In this document: positions 62,850-64,000 of the stretch, in pieces
How the letters are laid out: each line of letters opens with the position of its first letter
Position numbering within the stretch: position 1 is the stretch's first letter
Source of the DNA: Chrysemys picta bellii
Lineage: Eukaryota
NCBI RefSeq assembly: GCF_011386835.1
Contig: NC_088806.1
Location: forward strand, 23,374,001-23,438,000
Length of the DNA: 64,000 nt
Direction: 5' to 3'
Made by a program: the position numbers and the translations under genes
Notes under the pieces: model-generated
Database searches by the model: none
What the model saw: only the letters and a program-made list of their open reading frames with translations
What the model was told of the DNA's origin: nothing

Positions 62850-64000
62850 TGCTACCATCTCCAGCTCTCCTTGCCAAGCTGCCGTGTAAGTGCAGATGGG
62901 GAAGAATAAATGCAAAGCTAGTGATCTCTCGGATGACTCTAGCGCACTCGGTGAAAAGCCCCAGGCGGGGGAAACATCCGAGCAGATTAAACTGACGGCA
63001 CGTGGTGTGACATGCAAGCGCCAAATTCTTGCAGTTCTGGTGGCGATGCCCAGAAATGAGACAGGCGCGCAGGCTACCGCACAACACCCCCCACCTCGCC
63101 TGTCGGGATTACTTTCAGAGCGAGCAGCACAGGCTCACGCTGATCGTTGAGTGCATGGCTTGCTCCAGAAAAAGGATTTCGCTGTTATTGGAGGCCTTAC
63201 TGCTCTGCTAGGATGGCACTAAAGGCGAGGCGGGGGGATGCGCCCTAGCTATTAGCTAGAAAGCTTTGGCATTATCATTAGTCTGGAGGGCGGGTTCGGC
63301 GTGTCTAGAAGGATGCTGGGGCGGGGGGAAGACAGGGCAGGTGAGGCACCAGCCGGGCTTGACTCTCCATGGGAAGCTGCTGTCTGATGACGAGGGCGGG
63401 GGTCTGTCTCTCTGGCTGGGAGAGGAACGGAGGTGTCTGCGCATGCTTGTCTCGAGCCAGCGTCCCCCGGGAAGGCTGGGCTCGGTGCTGATGCTGCCGG
63501 GGGAGCGTGTGTAGCAGGGAGGCTGCCCAGCTCCACGGCGCTAGGATGCACCTGGCCCGCGGGAGGGGCGGAGAGAAACGCGCCTCCAGCCGGCTGATCC
63601 CAGGCCAGGGGCGCGCCCCGCCCAGCCGCCGCTGCTCCAGACCCTGCCGGATCCGGGCGCTGGGGCGGTCTGGGCGGATCTGATTTGGGGAAGGGGGGGG
63701 GGGGACCCAGCTGCCTTCCCCCGGCCCTGGCTGTTGCATTGCGTGCGCCAAGCCGGTCCCTCAGGCACTCCGCACCGGGTGCCGTGCGCGGAGCCTGCAT
63801 CTCCATGGGGCGCTGCTCTTAGCAACAACCGCTGGCCGGGAGGAGGAGGAAGGGTTGCAACCGAGCCCGGCAGGGAGCAGGCTGCCCAGCGCCTCCTGAG
63901 TGGAGCTGTCCAGGATTTCGCTCGGTGGGGGGCTGAGGGGTAGTGATCCGGCTCCCGGGAGACCTGTCCGTGGTGCTGACGCCAGCCCCTTTGGGGTTCA
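62850..64000. promoter_or_regulatory. CpG island / likely promoter of a neighbouring unidentified gene
   Basis: Sharp rise in GC and CpG density (gcgcgccccgcccagccgccgc, GC boxes) against a CpG-poor background; runs off the window end. Confidence 0.8.

Noticed and set aside
63252-63943. Long overlapping ORFs in the CpG island (up to 184 aa)
   Set aside because: GC-rich DNA lacks stop codons; several frames are open with Pro/Ala/Gly/Arg bias and no recognisable protein.
62850-64000. Naming the neighbouring gene from recalled synteny (for example ARHGAP20)
   Set aside because: No matching coding sequence is visible in the window, so the assignment would be a guess.

Overview
Vertebrate genomic DNA, almost certainly a cryptodiran turtle (inferred from a tortoise polIII-type tRNA/CR1 SINE and turtle-type CR1, Penelope, DIRS, hAT and Harbinger repeats). 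Positions 1-20.3 kb hold the 5' two-thirds of ATP12A (non-gastric H+/K+-ATPase alpha, P2C ATPase) on the minus strand. I traced coding exons 1-15 by hand: all have GT-AG junctions and compatible phases, giving 2160 nt = 720 codons with phospho-Asp D388 in DKTGTLT. The remaining exons lie left of the window. A TATA box sits about 290 nt upstream of the ATG. About 670 bp further upstream is an internally deleted DIRS1-type tyrosine-recombinase retrotransposon that keeps its ITRs, ICR and gag/RNaseH-MT/YR remnants. The stretch from about 24 to 62 kb is repeat-rich, with no protein-coding gene I recognise (CR1s, solo LTRs, MITEs, CORE-SINEs, Penelope fragments, microsatellites). It does contain three plus-strand exon-like cassettes with strong splice sites and a near-perfect RFX X-box. 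The window ends in a CpG island, probably the promoter of a neighbouring gene I cannot identify. Most ORFs in the track are spurious. I found no CRISPR arrays, rRNA or bona fide tRNA genes, and nothing I can honestly call a new biological system. The findings are mostly regulatory, splicing and TE-structure hypotheses.
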